Below, one piece after another: positions 1 to 10,302 of a DNA stretch of 64,000 nucleotides. The stretch covers positions 52,733 to 116,732 of the forward strand of contig CABZJY010000002.1 of the NCBI GenBank assembly GCA_902526175.1, given 5' to 3'. Origin of the DNA: an uncultured Alphaproteobacteria bacterium (lineage in GTDB: Bacteria > Pseudomonadota > Alphaproteobacteria > Methylaequorales > Methylaequoraceae). The translations under genes and the position numbers were made by a program. The notes below the pieces were generated by a model, which did not search any database, was not told the DNA's origin, and saw only the letters and a list, made by a program, of their open reading frames with translations. The first letter of the stretch is position 1; each line of letters starts with the position of its first letter.

Positions 1-10
1 AAAAACATAT

Positions 11-1345
11 CTAGATCAATTTTGTTTCTAACCAGTTGATATCATATTCTCCAGTTAAAAAACTTTTATTTTGTATAATTTCTTGGAATAATGGAATTGT
101 TGTGTCTACTCCCTCGATTACAAATTCAAGTAAAGCTCTCTGAAGTCTCATTAAACATTCTTGTCTATCTACACCATGAATAATTAGTTTTGCTATTAGG
201 CCGTCATAAAGAGAAGAAATATTTAGGCCAGTATATAATGCTGAATCAATTCTTACTCCTGGCCCACCTGGAACATGGTATGTTTTAATATTTCCTGAGG
301 AGGGGAAGAAGGTTTTTGAATTTTCAGCATTAATTCTACATTCTATTGAATGACCAATTTTAACTACACTGTTTTGCTTAAAAGAAACCTTATTACCAAA
401 TGCAACATTAATTTGTTCTTTAACAATATCGATTCCAAAGACAAGTTCAGTGATAGGGTGTTCAACTTGAAGTCTTGTATTCATCTCTATAAAATAAAAA
501 TTATTTTTTTCAAATAAGAATTCCAAAGTTCCTATATTTTGGTAACCAAGCTTTTTAACTGCCTCAACAGACACATTATATAATTTTTTTCTTTGATCCT
601 CGTTTAAGACTGGTGAGGGACATTCTTCAATTAATTTTTGGTTTCTCCTCTGTATTGAACAATCTCTTTCACCTACATGCATAACATTACCAAATTTATC
701 TGCTACAATTTGTACTTCGATATGCCTTGGGTTCATTAAAAATTTTTCAATATAAACTGAATCATCACCAAAACTGGTTTTGGCTTCTGATTTTGCTAAT
801 ATAAATTGTTTTTTTAGATCATTTTCAGAAAAGACTTTTTTGATTCCTCTACCGCCACCCCCACTACTTGCTTTAATTAACAAAGGAAAACCTATCTCTT
901 TAGATATCTTCAATGCTTCGTTGTAACTTTTTACATTACCTGTACTTCCTGGAATAATTGGAAGTCCAATTTCTGATGCTTTTTCTTTTGCCAAAATTTT
1001 ATTTCCCATCATTTTAATATGACTTGAACTAGGTCCAATAAACGTAAAACCATGTTCTTCAACAATTTTTGCAAACTTAAAATTTTCTGATAATAAACCA
1101 ACTCCTGGATGAATTGCATCAACATTAGCTATTGTTGCTGCAGAAATTATTGAAGGAATATTCAAATATGAATTATTTATGGGTGCTGGTCCGATGCAAA
1201 CACTTTCATCAGCAAGTTTAACGTGCATTGCCTTTTCATCTGCAGTAGAATGAACTGCTACGGTTTTAATTCCCATATCTTTGCAAGCTCTGTGAATTCT
1301 TAGTGCTATCTCACCTCTGTTGGCAATTAAAATTTTTTTAAACAT
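11..1345 (-). CDS. accC: acetyl-CoA carboxylase biotin carboxylase subunit
   Basis: 444 aa. N-terminus MFKKILIANRGEIALRI matches the AccC signature (E. coli MLDKIVIANRGEIALRI). ATP-grasp Gly-rich loop GGGGRG. Sits directly downstream of accB. Confidence 0.95.
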   Translation of the reverse strand: MFKKILIANRGEIALRIHRACKDMGIKTVAVHSTADEKAMHVKLADESVCIGPAPINNSYLNIPSIISAATIANVDAIHPGVGLLSENFKFAKIVEEHGFTFIGPSSSHIKMMGNKILAKEKASEIGLPIIPGSTGNVKSYNEALKISKEIGFPLLIKASSGGGGRGIKKVFSENDLKKQFILAKSEAKTSFGDDSVYIEKFLMNPRHIEVQIVADKFGNVMHVGERDCSIQRRNQKLIEECPSPVLNEDQRKKLYNVSVEAVKKLGYQNIGTLEFLFEKNNFYFIEMNTRLQVEHPITELVFGIDIVKEQINVAFGNKVSFKQNSVVKIGHSIECRINAENSKTFFPSSGNIKTYHVPGGPGVRIDSALYTGLNISSLYDGLIAKLIIHGVDRQECLMRLQRALLEFVIEGVDTTIPLFQEIIQNKSFLTGEYDINWLETKLI

Positions 1346-1346
1346 T

Positions 1347-1781
1347 TTATTCTATAAGAACAAGTGGTTCACCAAATTCAACTGGAGATGCATCTTTTGC
1401 ATATATTTTTTTTACCTCACCATTTTTATCAGATTTAATTTCATTCATTGTTTTCATGGCTTCAATAATTAAGAGTACTTGACCAACTTTTACTTTTTGT
1501 CCAAGTTCAATAAAAGGTTTGGCTGTTGGTTCTGGCTTTAAGTAAATAGTTCCTACAAGTGGTGCTTTAATTGAATTATCAATTTCTTTAAAATTCTTTT
1601 TTAGTTCAGTTTTTCTTTCAATTAAATCTTGGTCTTGTCTTGGTTTAGAAAAATTTTTACTCTTGCTTTTTGATAACTTTATTGAATGACTTCCTTCAGT
1701 ATATTCTAGCTTAGTAAGTCCAAGTTTGTCCATTAATATTGAGCAGTCTTTTATTAAGTTTTTATTTATTTTCATTATCAC
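1347..1781 (-). CDS. accB: biotin carboxyl carrier protein of acetyl-CoA carboxylase
   Basis: 144 aa. C-terminal biotinyl domain with the EAMKTMNEI biotinylation motif. Classic accB-accC pairing. Confidence 0.9.
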   Translation of the reverse strand: MIMKINKNLIKDCSILMDKLGLTKLEYTEGSHSIKLSKSKSKNFSKPRQDQDLIERKTELKKNFKEIDNSIKAPLVGTIYLKPEPTAKPFIELGQKVKVGQVLLIIEAMKTMNEIKSDKNGEVKKIYAKDASPVEFGEPLVLIE

Positions 1782-2211
1782 TCCAAATTAATTTAAGGGA
1801 ATAAAGTGCAATATTATATACTTGATGACCAAAACCAGAAATTGAGCCACTTGCAAGAGGTGTTATAAGAGATTTTTGTCTAAATTTCTCTCTTTTAGAG
1901 AGATTTGATAAGTGTACTTCGATGATAGGACAAGACAAAATTTTTAAACTGTCATGAATAGCCACTGAGGTATGAGTAAATGCTCCAGCATTAATGATCA
2001 ATGCTGAATAATTTTTTGAAGTAGCATGTATTTTATCAATGATTTCTGATTCAGAGTTACTTTGAAAAAAAGTTAGTTTAAAATTTAAAGAATCAGATAA
2101 ATTTTTGCATTTATTTTCTATATCTTTTAATGACTCTCTTCCGTATATGTCTATTTCTCGTTTCCCAAGCATATTGAGGTTAGGTCCGTTAATAATTATT
2201 ACTTTTTTCAT
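1762..2211 (-). CDS. aroQ: type II 3-dehydroquinate dehydratase
   Basis: 149 aa. INGPNLNMLGKREIDIYG matches the type II DHQase N-terminal signature. The aroQ-accB-accC order is conserved in many proteobacteria. Confidence 0.9.
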   Translation of the reverse strand: MKKVIIINGPNLNMLGKREIDIYGRESLKDIENKCKNLSDSLNFKLTFFQSNSESEIIDKIHATSKNYSALIINAGAFTHTSVAIHDSLKILSCPIIEVHLSNLSKREKFRQKSLITPLASGSISGFGHQVYNIALYSLKLIWSDNENK

Positions 2212-3530
2212 TGTAATTCTAATTTATCAATTTGAGCATTTAAGTCATCAATTAAACGCAAGATATTTGGATTATTTTTTGATTCCATTTTTGCCTTTTT
2301 TAAGTGTAATTTAGCATTTTTTATATCTTTTAATAGTAAAAATTTTTCTGATAAAGTGATTGAGTATAAAGCAAATTCTTTAGTCTGCGCATAGCACAAG
2401 GCCAAAAAATGTAGAGCCTCAACTGGAAATTGTTCATTTTTTATATATTTCTTAAGTAACAGCTTTGATTCCTCAATATTTGACTGTTTGTTTGATTGAA
2501 ATAATGCTTTAGCTAGAAGTAATTCAAAGTATTTTTCATTATTATTGAGGGATTTTGCAATTCTTAAATTTTTAATAGATTGTGTAAAATTCCCATTTTC
2601 ATAAAAAATTTGCCCTTTAAGTTCATAAAAATATTCATTCTTTTTATCTAATGATATACATCGGTTAATTTTTTCAATAGCTTGATCAATTTCTCCTTTT
2701 TTTAAATGTTGGTAAACTTTTCCATAAAGACTTTCAATTGAATTTAATTCAGGGTAATACAATTCAAAAATATCTGCACTGGATAAGAATCCAATAAGTT
2801 TCGCCTGAACTAATTTAAATTTTTTTTCTAATTTTTTATTTAATATATACTTTTTTTTTCCAATCTCTTCGATCCTGGTTCTAACTATCCTTTTTCTTTC
2901 ATTAGAAAGAGGATGTGTCATGTTATAGGGGTTAATTTTAGCTAATCGTTCTCTCTTTTGAATTATAGTTAATAGGTCATATAAGCCCATAAGATCATAT
3001 TCTGTTTGTTCTAAAAATCTTAATGCAGCTTGATCTGCATAGTTTTCTTGTTTTCTTGAAAAATTTAAAGCATTATATTTACCAAGACTTGCGCCCCCCA
3101 TTAGGATTGCATTTCCTGCATCAGCAGATCCAGTAGCGTATGCTCCAATTGCTAGTATAGATGATAACATGCTTATAAGAACTGAATCATTATTAGCTTT
3201 AGCAAATTTTGTAAAATGGCCTCCACTTATATGACCAACCTCGTGAGCAATAACTGCTGCAACCTGATTGACACTATCCATATTGATAATCATTTCTGTT
3301 GTAAAAAATATATTGTAACCTCCTGTTACGAATGCATTAATATATTTTTGATGGTCAAGGTAAAAACTTACCGAATCTTCGCTAATATCTGCTGTATTTA
3401 AAATTGGTTTTGCAAGCTCCTCAAAGAAACTTTCGGTTTCGGCATCTCTTATTATTTTAATATCATTTCCTAAAAGCGATAATGAATTAAAAGAAACAAT
3501 TATAATCAATATCCTTAGAACATTATACAT
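2208..3530 (-). CDS. M48-family Zn metalloprotease with C-terminal TPR repeats (BepA/YfgC-like)
   Basis: HEVGH zinc motif (AHEVGHISGGH) and a TPR-like C-terminal half. I prefer the ATG at 3530 (MYNVLRILIIIVSF, a signal peptide) over the TTG at 3578 used by the ORF track. Confidence 0.75.
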   Translation of the reverse strand: MYNVLRILIIIVSFNSLSLLGNDIKIIRDAETESFFEELAKPILNTADISEDSVSFYLDHQKYINAFVTGGYNIFFTTEMIINMDSVNQVAAVIAHEVGHISGGHFTKFAKANNDSVLISMLSSILAIGAYATGSADAGNAILMGGASLGKYNALNFSRKQENYADQAALRFLEQTEYDLMGLYDLLTIIQKRERLAKINPYNMTHPLSNERKRIVRTRIEEIGKKKYILNKKLEKKFKLVQAKLIGFLSSADIFELYYPELNSIESLYGKVYQHLKKGEIDQAIEKINRCISLDKKNEYFYELKGQIFYENGNFTQSIKNLRIAKSLNNNEKYFELLLAKALFQSNKQSNIEESKLLLKKYIKNEQFPVEALHFLALCYAQTKEFALYSITLSEKFLLLKDIKNAKLHLKKAKMESKNNPNILRLIDDLNAQIDKLELQ

Positions 3531-3583
3531 GCTAAAATTATATTTTATTATGAATATTATAGATATATTAAGTGACAAAAAAA

Positions 3584-4705
3584 ATGAACTCTAAAAGATC
3601 TTCGATAGATAATTTTTTAGTAATGGAAATACTTTCAAATGCTAATGAAATTGAAAAAAAAGGTGGGCGTGTAATTCATCTTGAATTAGGAGAGCCTCTA
3701 AAAAAAACACCAAAGCCTGTTTTAGAGGAAGTTAAAAAAAATTTAAAATTTGATTTGCCTGGGTACACTCCTTCGAATGGTATTCCAGAATTACGTAATG
3801 CTATTTCAAATTTTTATGAAAAAAAGGGTTTTACAATTTCTAATAATAATATTTTTGTTACTGTTGGATCATCTGGAGCGTTTTTATTAACTTTTATTGT
3901 TTGTTTTGATCCCGGGGATACAGTTTTACTTTTTAAACCTTGTTACCCTGCATATAGAAATATTTTACATTCACTAAATTTGAATGTAATTGAGATAGAC
4001 TTTGATGAAATTGAAAAAATTAAGAAATATAAAAATATTAACGGTTTAATTATATCAAGTCCAAATAATCCAACAGGAAAAATTTTTTCATATGATGAAG
4101 TTGAATTTTTGTATAAATTTTGCCTTGAAAGAAAAATAAGGTTAATTTCTGATGAAATCTATCATGGAATAGAATTTGAGAAAAAGAGTACTTCTATTTG
4201 TGAGTTTGGGAATGATGGTATAATTATCAATAGTTTTTCTAAATATTTTTGTTTACCAGGTTGGCGACTAGGCTGGGCTATTATACCAAATGAACTTCAA
4301 GAAAATTTTTTGAAATTGTCTCAGAATCTATTCATATCAACTGGGAGTCTTGCACAAAAGGCTGCCATAAAAGTATTTGATTGTATGGAAGATTTAAATA
4401 AAAATGTAAAAATTTATGAACAAAATCGAAATATCACATTTGATTATCTTAATAAAACACCATGGTCTAAATATAGTAAAACAGAGGGTGGATTTTATAC
4501 TTATATTGATGTAACTGATTTTACAAATAACTCCTCAGAGTTAGTAAAAAGAATACTTCAAGATACATTAGTAGGATTAACTCCTGGTGCTGATTTTGAT
4601 AAACTAAATGGTTCAAAATTTATTAGACTATCATTTTCTTGTGAAACTGAAGCTTTAAAAACTGGAATGAAAAGATTAATTGATTGGATTAATAAAAATT
4701 ATTGA
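3584..4705 (+). CDS. class I/II pyridoxal-phosphate-dependent aminotransferase
   Basis: About 373 aa. PLP-lysine context SFSKYFCLPGWRLGW and NNPTG motif. ATG 3584 preferred over GTG 3572; substrate specificity is not resolvable from sequence. Confidence 0.8.
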   Translation: MNSKRSSIDNFLVMEILSNANEIEKKGGRVIHLELGEPLKKTPKPVLEEVKKNLKFDLPGYTPSNGIPELRNAISNFYEKKGFTISNNNIFVTVGSSGAFLLTFIVCFDPGDTVLLFKPCYPAYRNILHSLNLNVIEIDFDEIEKIKKYKNINGLIISSPNNPTGKIFSYDEVEFLYKFCLERKIRLISDEIYHGIEFEKKSTSICEFGNDGIIINSFSKYFCLPGWRLGWAIIPNELQENFLKLSQNLFISTGSLAQKAAIKVFDCMEDLNKNVKIYEQNRNITFDYLNKTPWSKYSKTEGGFYTYIDVTDFTNNSSELVKRILQDTLVGLTPGADFDKLNGSKFIRLSFSCETEALKTGMKRLIDWINKNY

Positions 4706-6738
4706 TTCCACCAACCATTTCTTTTTTCTTCTTCCTTAGGAGATACGTCTTTAATTTCATTAACTTCAAATGTTTTATTCTTAAAAACTTTTTCTTTTTT
4801 GGAAAAATCAACAGCTTTGGCTCTAAAACTCTCTCTCGTTTTCTTTTTATTTAATTCTTTAGTTTTAGGACTTTTTTTAACCTGAGATTTTAAATCTGTA
4901 TTATTTTCTATATCAATTTTTTTATTTATAATTTTATCATTTTTATTTTTGATATCATCCATTCCCTCTAATCTAAACAAAATACTAGAAAGCTTTTCCT
5001 CACTTTCACAATTATTATAGATAATTTCTTTTTTTGACGAAATAACGCAATCAATATTTGAAAAATCTAATGTATCAAAAATCTTTAGTTTTGCTTTTTT
5101 ACTAATTTTTTTTAGATGATCTTTTCTGTGAGTTCTTATGTTATTAGCTACGAGTGAACTTACAAATAAAAAAAGTTCTTTAATTTTTGAGGTTAAAATT
5201 ATTTCTTCACAAACTCTAAGAATCTGAAGAGCTAAGAAATTTGGTGAAAGGATAATTTCATTACAGTGGTTACATTTGACCAATATATTTCGACTTATAT
5301 TCTGTTTTAGTCTTTGTCGAGTCATTTCAAGCAATCCAAAATTACTCATCCGTCCACATTGAACTCTGGCTCTATCATTTTTAACAGATTCTTTTAATTT
5401 TCTTTCAACTTTGAAGATATTTGGTCTTTCTAACATATCAATAAAATCAATTACAATTAGACCTGCTAAGTCTCTAAGTTTGAGCTGCCTAGCAATTTCT
5501 TCTGCTGCTTCTAAATTAGTTTTTGTTGCGGTATCTTCAATATTTCTTTGTTTTGTCGATTTGCCGGAATTTACATCAATAGCAACTAGTGCTTCAGTTT
5601 GATTAATTACTAAATAACCACCGGATTTAAGGTTTACAATGGGCTTATGCATCTCTAAAATTTGGTGTTCAATTTTGTTATTTGTAAACAAAGACCCATT
5701 TTTTTCATTACTTAATTTAATAATTTTTGTAAAACCTGGCATAAAAAATTTCATTATATCTCTGGATGCTTTAAGTGTTTCCTTGGAATTAACAAATATT
5801 TCGTTGTAATTATTATCAAAATAATCTCTCACCGATCTTTTTATAAGATTTCCTTCTTCATGAATAAGACTAGGTGCATTTGATTTAATTGTTTTTGTTG
5901 TAATTTGAGACCATAATTTTAGTAAAGCCTTATAATCTCTTGAAATAACTTTTTTGTTCATATCTTGACCAGCGGTTCTAATGATTACCCCCATACCCTT
6001 TTTGATATCAAGATATGTAAGAGTTTCTCTTAGGTTTTTTCGTAAGGAACCATCTGTAATCTTTCTCGATATACCCCCACCTTTATTAGTATTAGGCATG
6101 AGAACACAATATTTTCCCGCCAACGATAGTCTTGTTGTAACCGCTGCTCCTTTATTACCTCTTTCTTCTTTTACTACTTGTATGAGTATGACCTGATTTT
6201 TTTTTATAACTTCTTGAATACTATATTTTCTATGAAATGAAAAATTTTTGTTTGATCTAATTTTATTCTTAAAATTTAATGGTCTAATTTTTTTGTCAGC
6301 CCTTACAATAAATCGATCATCTAATGGTTTGAATTTAAAAAAATCTACAACTTTTTCCATAAAACTTGATTTTTTTTCATTTTCATAAAAATATTCTTCC
6401 TCATCTTTAGTATCATCTTCATCAATAAATTCATTATTATTTGATATTCTTTGATTTTCTTCTTCTGCTAATAGTTTTTCTTTGTCAGCTGTTGGAATCT
6501 TAAAATAGTCTGGATGAATTTCATTGTAAGCAAGAAAACCATGTCTATTAGAACCATAGTCTACAAATGCTGCTTGAAGTGAAGGTTCAACTCTTATGAT
6601 TTTTGCTAAATAAATATTACCTCTAGTTGGTTTTATTTTTGAGTTTTCAGATTCATATTCAACTAGAAGATCATTTTGTATTACCGCCATTCTAGTTTCA
6701 TTAGAATTCGTGGTATCAATAATCATTTTTTTTTTCAT
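4699..6738 (-). CDS. rne: ribonuclease E/G family endoribonuclease
   Basis: 679 aa. N-terminal S1 domain (GNIYLAKIIRVEPSLQAAFVDYG), RNase E/G catalytic core, and a Lys/Glu-rich tail. Confidence 0.8.
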   Translation of the reverse strand: MKKKMIIDTTNSNETRMAVIQNDLLVEYESENSKIKPTRGNIYLAKIIRVEPSLQAAFVDYGSNRHGFLAYNEIHPDYFKIPTADKEKLLAEEENQRISNNNEFIDEDDTKDEEEYFYENEKKSSFMEKVVDFFKFKPLDDRFIVRADKKIRPLNFKNKIRSNKNFSFHRKYSIQEVIKKNQVILIQVVKEERGNKGAAVTTRLSLAGKYCVLMPNTNKGGGISRKITDGSLRKNLRETLTYLDIKKGMGVIIRTAGQDMNKKVISRDYKALLKLWSQITTKTIKSNAPSLIHEEGNLIKRSVRDYFDNNYNEIFVNSKETLKASRDIMKFFMPGFTKIIKLSNEKNGSLFTNNKIEHQILEMHKPIVNLKSGGYLVINQTEALVAIDVNSGKSTKQRNIEDTATKTNLEAAEEIARQLKLRDLAGLIVIDFIDMLERPNIFKVERKLKESVKNDRARVQCGRMSNFGLLEMTRQRLKQNISRNILVKCNHCNEIILSPNFLALQILRVCEEIILTSKIKELFLFVSSLVANNIRTHRKDHLKKISKKAKLKIFDTLDFSNIDCVISSKKEIIYNNCESEEKLSSILFRLEGMDDIKNKNDKIINKKIDIENNTDLKSQVKKSPKTKELNKKKTRESFRAKAVDFSKKEKVFKNKTFEVNEIKDVSPKEEEKRNGWWNQ

Positions 6739-6880
6739 TTTTCTCTCTTTATTTTCTATATTTCTTATAAATAGTTTAAATTCTGTTTGAAAATCATATT
6801 TAAAATAGTATATTTTGTATGTTTTTTTTTAAAATTACAATATATAGTATCAATATAATTTCTTTTTACTGTACACTAAA

Positions 6881-7936
6881 TTGATTAAATTTAAAAAAAC
6901 TCTTTTTTTTATCATATTTTTTTATTGTGAGAATATATTTTCTAATGATTTGCTAGAAATTAGATCAGGTCATAATAATAGTGAATACAGAATTGTTTTT
7001 GAATTAAAAGATGAAATAAAATATCGGAAAGAAATTAAATTAAAATCACTCAAACTTCTTTTTGATTCTTCTGATATTATAGAAAATTTAAGTAAATTTA
7101 AAAAAATCCATAATGTGTCTGACATCAACTTTGATAAAGCAGAAAATTCGATTACCCTATTATTTAATAAGAAAATTAATTCCAAAAATTTATTTAGTAT
7201 AAAAAAAAATAAGCAAAACAAAAACTTTAGGATAGTATTTGATTATACTGTAGAAAAATTCAAAAAAAAAATAGTTATAATTGATGCTGGGCATGGTGGA
7301 AAAGATTCAGGTGCGGTAGGAACTTCAAAGATTTTAGAAAAAAATGTTACCTTAAGTGTAGCAAAAAGATTTGCTCAAAAATGTAATAAAGAAAACCATT
7401 TTAAATGTTTGTTAACAAGAAATGGGGATTATTTTCTAAATCTAAGACAAAGAGTAAAATTTGCAAGACAACATAAGGGTGATGTTTTTATTTCTCTTCA
7501 TGCAGATTTTCATCCCAAAAAAAATATAAGAGGTGTTTCGATTTATACATTATCTGAAAAAGCTTCAGATAAAGAAGCAGAAGCATTGGCAAGAAGAGAA
7601 AATAAGTCTGATCTGATAGATGGTTTAGATCTGTCAGAAGAATCAAAAGAAGTTAGAAATATTCTTATTGATTTGACACAAAGAGAAACAATGAATAGAT
7701 CAACAGTTTATGTGATGGAACTTATCAATCAATTTAAAACAAATACCAAACTATTAAAAAGAGCACATAGATTTGCGGGTTTTGCAGTTTTGAAAGCTCC
7801 AGATATTCCATCTGTTTTACTAGAGATGGGCTATTTATCAAACAAAAATGATGCTAAACTATTAACAAGTGAAATTTATCAAAAAAAAATAGTTGAAAAT
7901 ATTTATATCGCAACATTAAAATATTTTAATAAATAA
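6881..7936 (+). CDS. N-acetylmuramoyl-L-alanine amidase (Amidase_3, AmiC-like)
   Basis: 351 aa. Signal peptide, an AMIN-like N-terminal region, and an IIDAGHGGKDSGA motif with LHADF. TTG start as in the ORF track. Confidence 0.85.
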   Translation: MIKFKKTLFFIIFFYCENIFSNDLLEIRSGHNNSEYRIVFELKDEIKYRKEIKLKSLKLLFDSSDIIENLSKFKKIHNVSDINFDKAENSITLLFNKKINSKNLFSIKKNKQNKNFRIVFDYTVEKFKKKIVIIDAGHGGKDSGAVGTSKILEKNVTLSVAKRFAQKCNKENHFKCLLTRNGDYFLNLRQRVKFARQHKGDVFISLHADFHPKKNIRGVSIYTLSEKASDKEAEALARRENKSDLIDGLDLSEESKEVRNILIDLTQRETMNRSTVYVMELINQFKTNTKLLKRAHRFAGFAVLKAPDIPSVLLEMGYLSNKNDAKLLTSEIYQKKIVENIYIATLKYFNK

Positions 7937-7941
7937 AGGCT

Positions 7942-10302
7942 ATGAAGTATTTTCTAAATCTAATAAATATTTTACTAATCTTGATAATAGTTTCATTGCT
8001 GATAATTATCAGTTCTTTTATTTATTATGGAAGAGATCTACCAGATTTCAATGTACTGAAGAGTTATGAACCACCAGTTGTATCAAAGATTTTTGCCTCT
8101 GATGGTAATTTTCTCGAAGAGTATTCTAAAGAAAATAGGGTATATACTAGTTTTGAAAAAATACCAACTAAACTGATTGAAGCATTTATTGTTACTGAAG
8201 ATAGAAATTTTTATTCGCATACAGGGTTTGACTTAAAGGGAATTTTTAGAGCATTCTTAAAAAATGCTCTAAATATTTTTCAAAATAAAAGGCCTCAGGG
8301 CGCTTCAACAATTACCCAACAGGTTGCAAAAAATATATTGCTTTCAAATGAAGTATCTATTTCTAGGAAAATAAAAGAAATAATTCTTTCCATGCGAATT
8401 GAAAAAGTAATGACCAAAGAGAAAATAATGGAATTATATCTTAATGAGATATATTTAGGCAATAGATCATATGGAATTACAGCAGCTTCAATTAATTATT
8501 TTAATAAATCTTTAAACGAACTTAACCTTGAAGAAATGGCAATGCTAGCAGCTTTACCGAAGGCGCCAAGTACTTACAATCCATATAGAAATCCAATAAA
8601 AGCAATGAAGAGAAGGAATTGGGTAATTAATCGTTTATTTAAAGAGGATTTTATAAATCGTGAAGAATTTGAAATAGCAACAAACAAAGAAATTGATCTA
8701 AGAGAAAAAAATAATCTATTTAATAAAAAAGCTTCATACTTTAAAGAAGCAGTTAGAAGAGAAATAATCAAACAATATGATGAAACAAAATTATATGCTG
8801 AAGGTTTGTCAATCATGTCAACACTTAATACTAAATATCAAAATATTGCTGAAGAAGTTTTTAGGAAAGGTATTCAAGATTATGATAAAAAATTTAAGTG
8901 GAGAAAATCTTTTACTAACCTAGAATCAATTGATAATTGGAAAGATAAATTAGCTAAAATTTCCAAACCTGAGGGATTATACGAAAATGAATTAGGTCTT
9001 GTTTTAAATGTAGAGAATGATTTTTTAAAAATTGGTTTAAGAAATGGAAACATAATAAAACTAAATAAGGAAAATATGAAAATTTTAAAAAAGAATCAGA
9101 GGGAAAATCTCTTTGTTACCTTCAAAAAGGGCGATATATTAATATTGAGTAAAAAAGAAAGTAAAAATGCAAATCTCTATATACTTTCTCAAATTCCTGA
9201 TGTTAATGGAGGAATGATTGTTGTTGAGAATAGTTCTGGAAGAATTTTAGCTATGGTAGGTGGGTATGATTCTAGTTCTGAATTTAATAGGGTTACTCAA
9301 GCATTCAGACAACCTGGTTCAGCATTTAAACCAATAGTATATCTAGCTGCACTAGAAAATAATATTTCTCCAGTGAGTAAAATTTTAGATGCACCAGTAG
9401 TAATTAAAAATCCAACTGACAATAAAAATTGGAGACCAACAAATTATGGTAATAAATTCTATGGAGAAAGCACTTTAAGATTGGGCATTGAAAAGTCAAG
9501 AAACCTTATGACAGTTAGACTAGCTCAAAAAATTGGACTTAATGAAATTAAAAAACTTTCCGAAGAATTTAAAATTTATGATGATCTCCCTTTACTTCTT
9601 TCATCAAGTTTAGGTTCTGTTGAAACAAGTTTGCAAAAGCTCTCAATTGCTTATTCTATAATAGCGAATGGTGGATTTTCAATTGAACCAACTCTTATAG
9701 ACAAAATTCAAGATAAAAACGGTAAAGTAATCTATAGGCATGATAAAAGAAAATGTAAAAATTGTTTGCTTGAAAAAAACGAATTTTCGAATGAAAAACT
9801 AAAAAATTATGATTTTGCCCCAAATATTGAAGAGACAAGGAAAAGAATTGTTTCTGAAGAAAGTGCTTATCAAATGACTTCTTTATTGATGGGTGTCTTA
9901 GAAAGAGGTACAGCCAAAAATATAAATTATTTAGATTTTCAAGTAGCAGGAAAAACTGGGACCACAAATAATAATCAGGATGCATGGTTTATTGGTTATA
10001 ACTCTGAAATTACTGTTGGTGTTTATGTAGGATATGATTCACCTGTTACATTAGGGCAGGGACAAACCGGTTCAAATGTTGCTGCACCAATATTTGGTGA
10101 ATTTATGAAGAAGATATATGAAGAAAAAAAACCCAAACCTTTTTCTGTTCCCCAGGGAATAAAATTTATTAATGTTGATTTAAAGACAGGGAAACCATCT
10201 GATAAAAATTATGTACAAGAGGCTTTTAAAAATAACTTTAGTTTTGAAAAAGAAATTCAAAATAAAAATATTGATAATGAAGAATTTTTGGGTTTTTACT
10301 AA
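7942..10302 (+). CDS. mrcA: penicillin-binding protein 1A (bifunctional transglycosylase/transpeptidase)
   Basis: 786 aa. GT51 motif EDRNFYSHTGFD, and transpeptidase motifs SAFKP (SxxK) and KTGTT. Confidence 0.9.
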   Translation: MKYFLNLINILLILIIVSLLIIISSFIYYGRDLPDFNVLKSYEPPVVSKIFASDGNFLEEYSKENRVYTSFEKIPTKLIEAFIVTEDRNFYSHTGFDLKGIFRAFLKNALNIFQNKRPQGASTITQQVAKNILLSNEVSISRKIKEIILSMRIEKVMTKEKIMELYLNEIYLGNRSYGITAASINYFNKSLNELNLEEMAMLAALPKAPSTYNPYRNPIKAMKRRNWVINRLFKEDFINREEFEIATNKEIDLREKNNLFNKKASYFKEAVRREIIKQYDETKLYAEGLSIMSTLNTKYQNIAEEVFRKGIQDYDKKFKWRKSFTNLESIDNWKDKLAKISKPEGLYENELGLVLNVENDFLKIGLRNGNIIKLNKENMKILKKNQRENLFVTFKKGDILILSKKESKNANLYILSQIPDVNGGMIVVENSSGRILAMVGGYDSSSEFNRVTQAFRQPGSAFKPIVYLAALENNISPVSKILDAPVVIKNPTDNKNWRPTNYGNKFYGESTLRLGIEKSRNLMTVRLAQKIGLNEIKKLSEEFKIYDDLPLLLSSSLGSVETSLQKLSIAYSIIANGGFSIEPTLIDKIQDKNGKVIYRHDKRKCKNCLLEKNEFSNEKLKNYDFAPNIEETRKRIVSEESAYQMTSLLMGVLERGTAKNINYLDFQVAGKTGTTNNNQDAWFIGYNSEITVGVYVGYDSPVTLGQGQTGSNVAAPIFGEFMKKIYEEKKPKPFSVPQGIKFINVDLKTGKPSDKNYVQEAFKNNFSFEKEIQNKNIDNEEFLGFY

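Noticed and set aside
2105-2314. Many short (60-100 aa) ORF-track entries nested in or antisense to larger genes (e.g. 2105, 3216, 5411, 5981, 6970, 8574, 9695, 16531, 18390, 19247, 20744, 23323, 27433, 30244, 30374, 31337, 32221, 33433, 34762, 35463, 39068, 39464, 41205, 43904, 46742, 46973, 47270, 47319, 49562, 50235, 50637, 60364, 61953)
   Set aside because: Each lies wholly within a well-supported longer gene on the same or opposite strand, with no motif, start context or neighbouring operon logic. They are treated as shadow ORFs.
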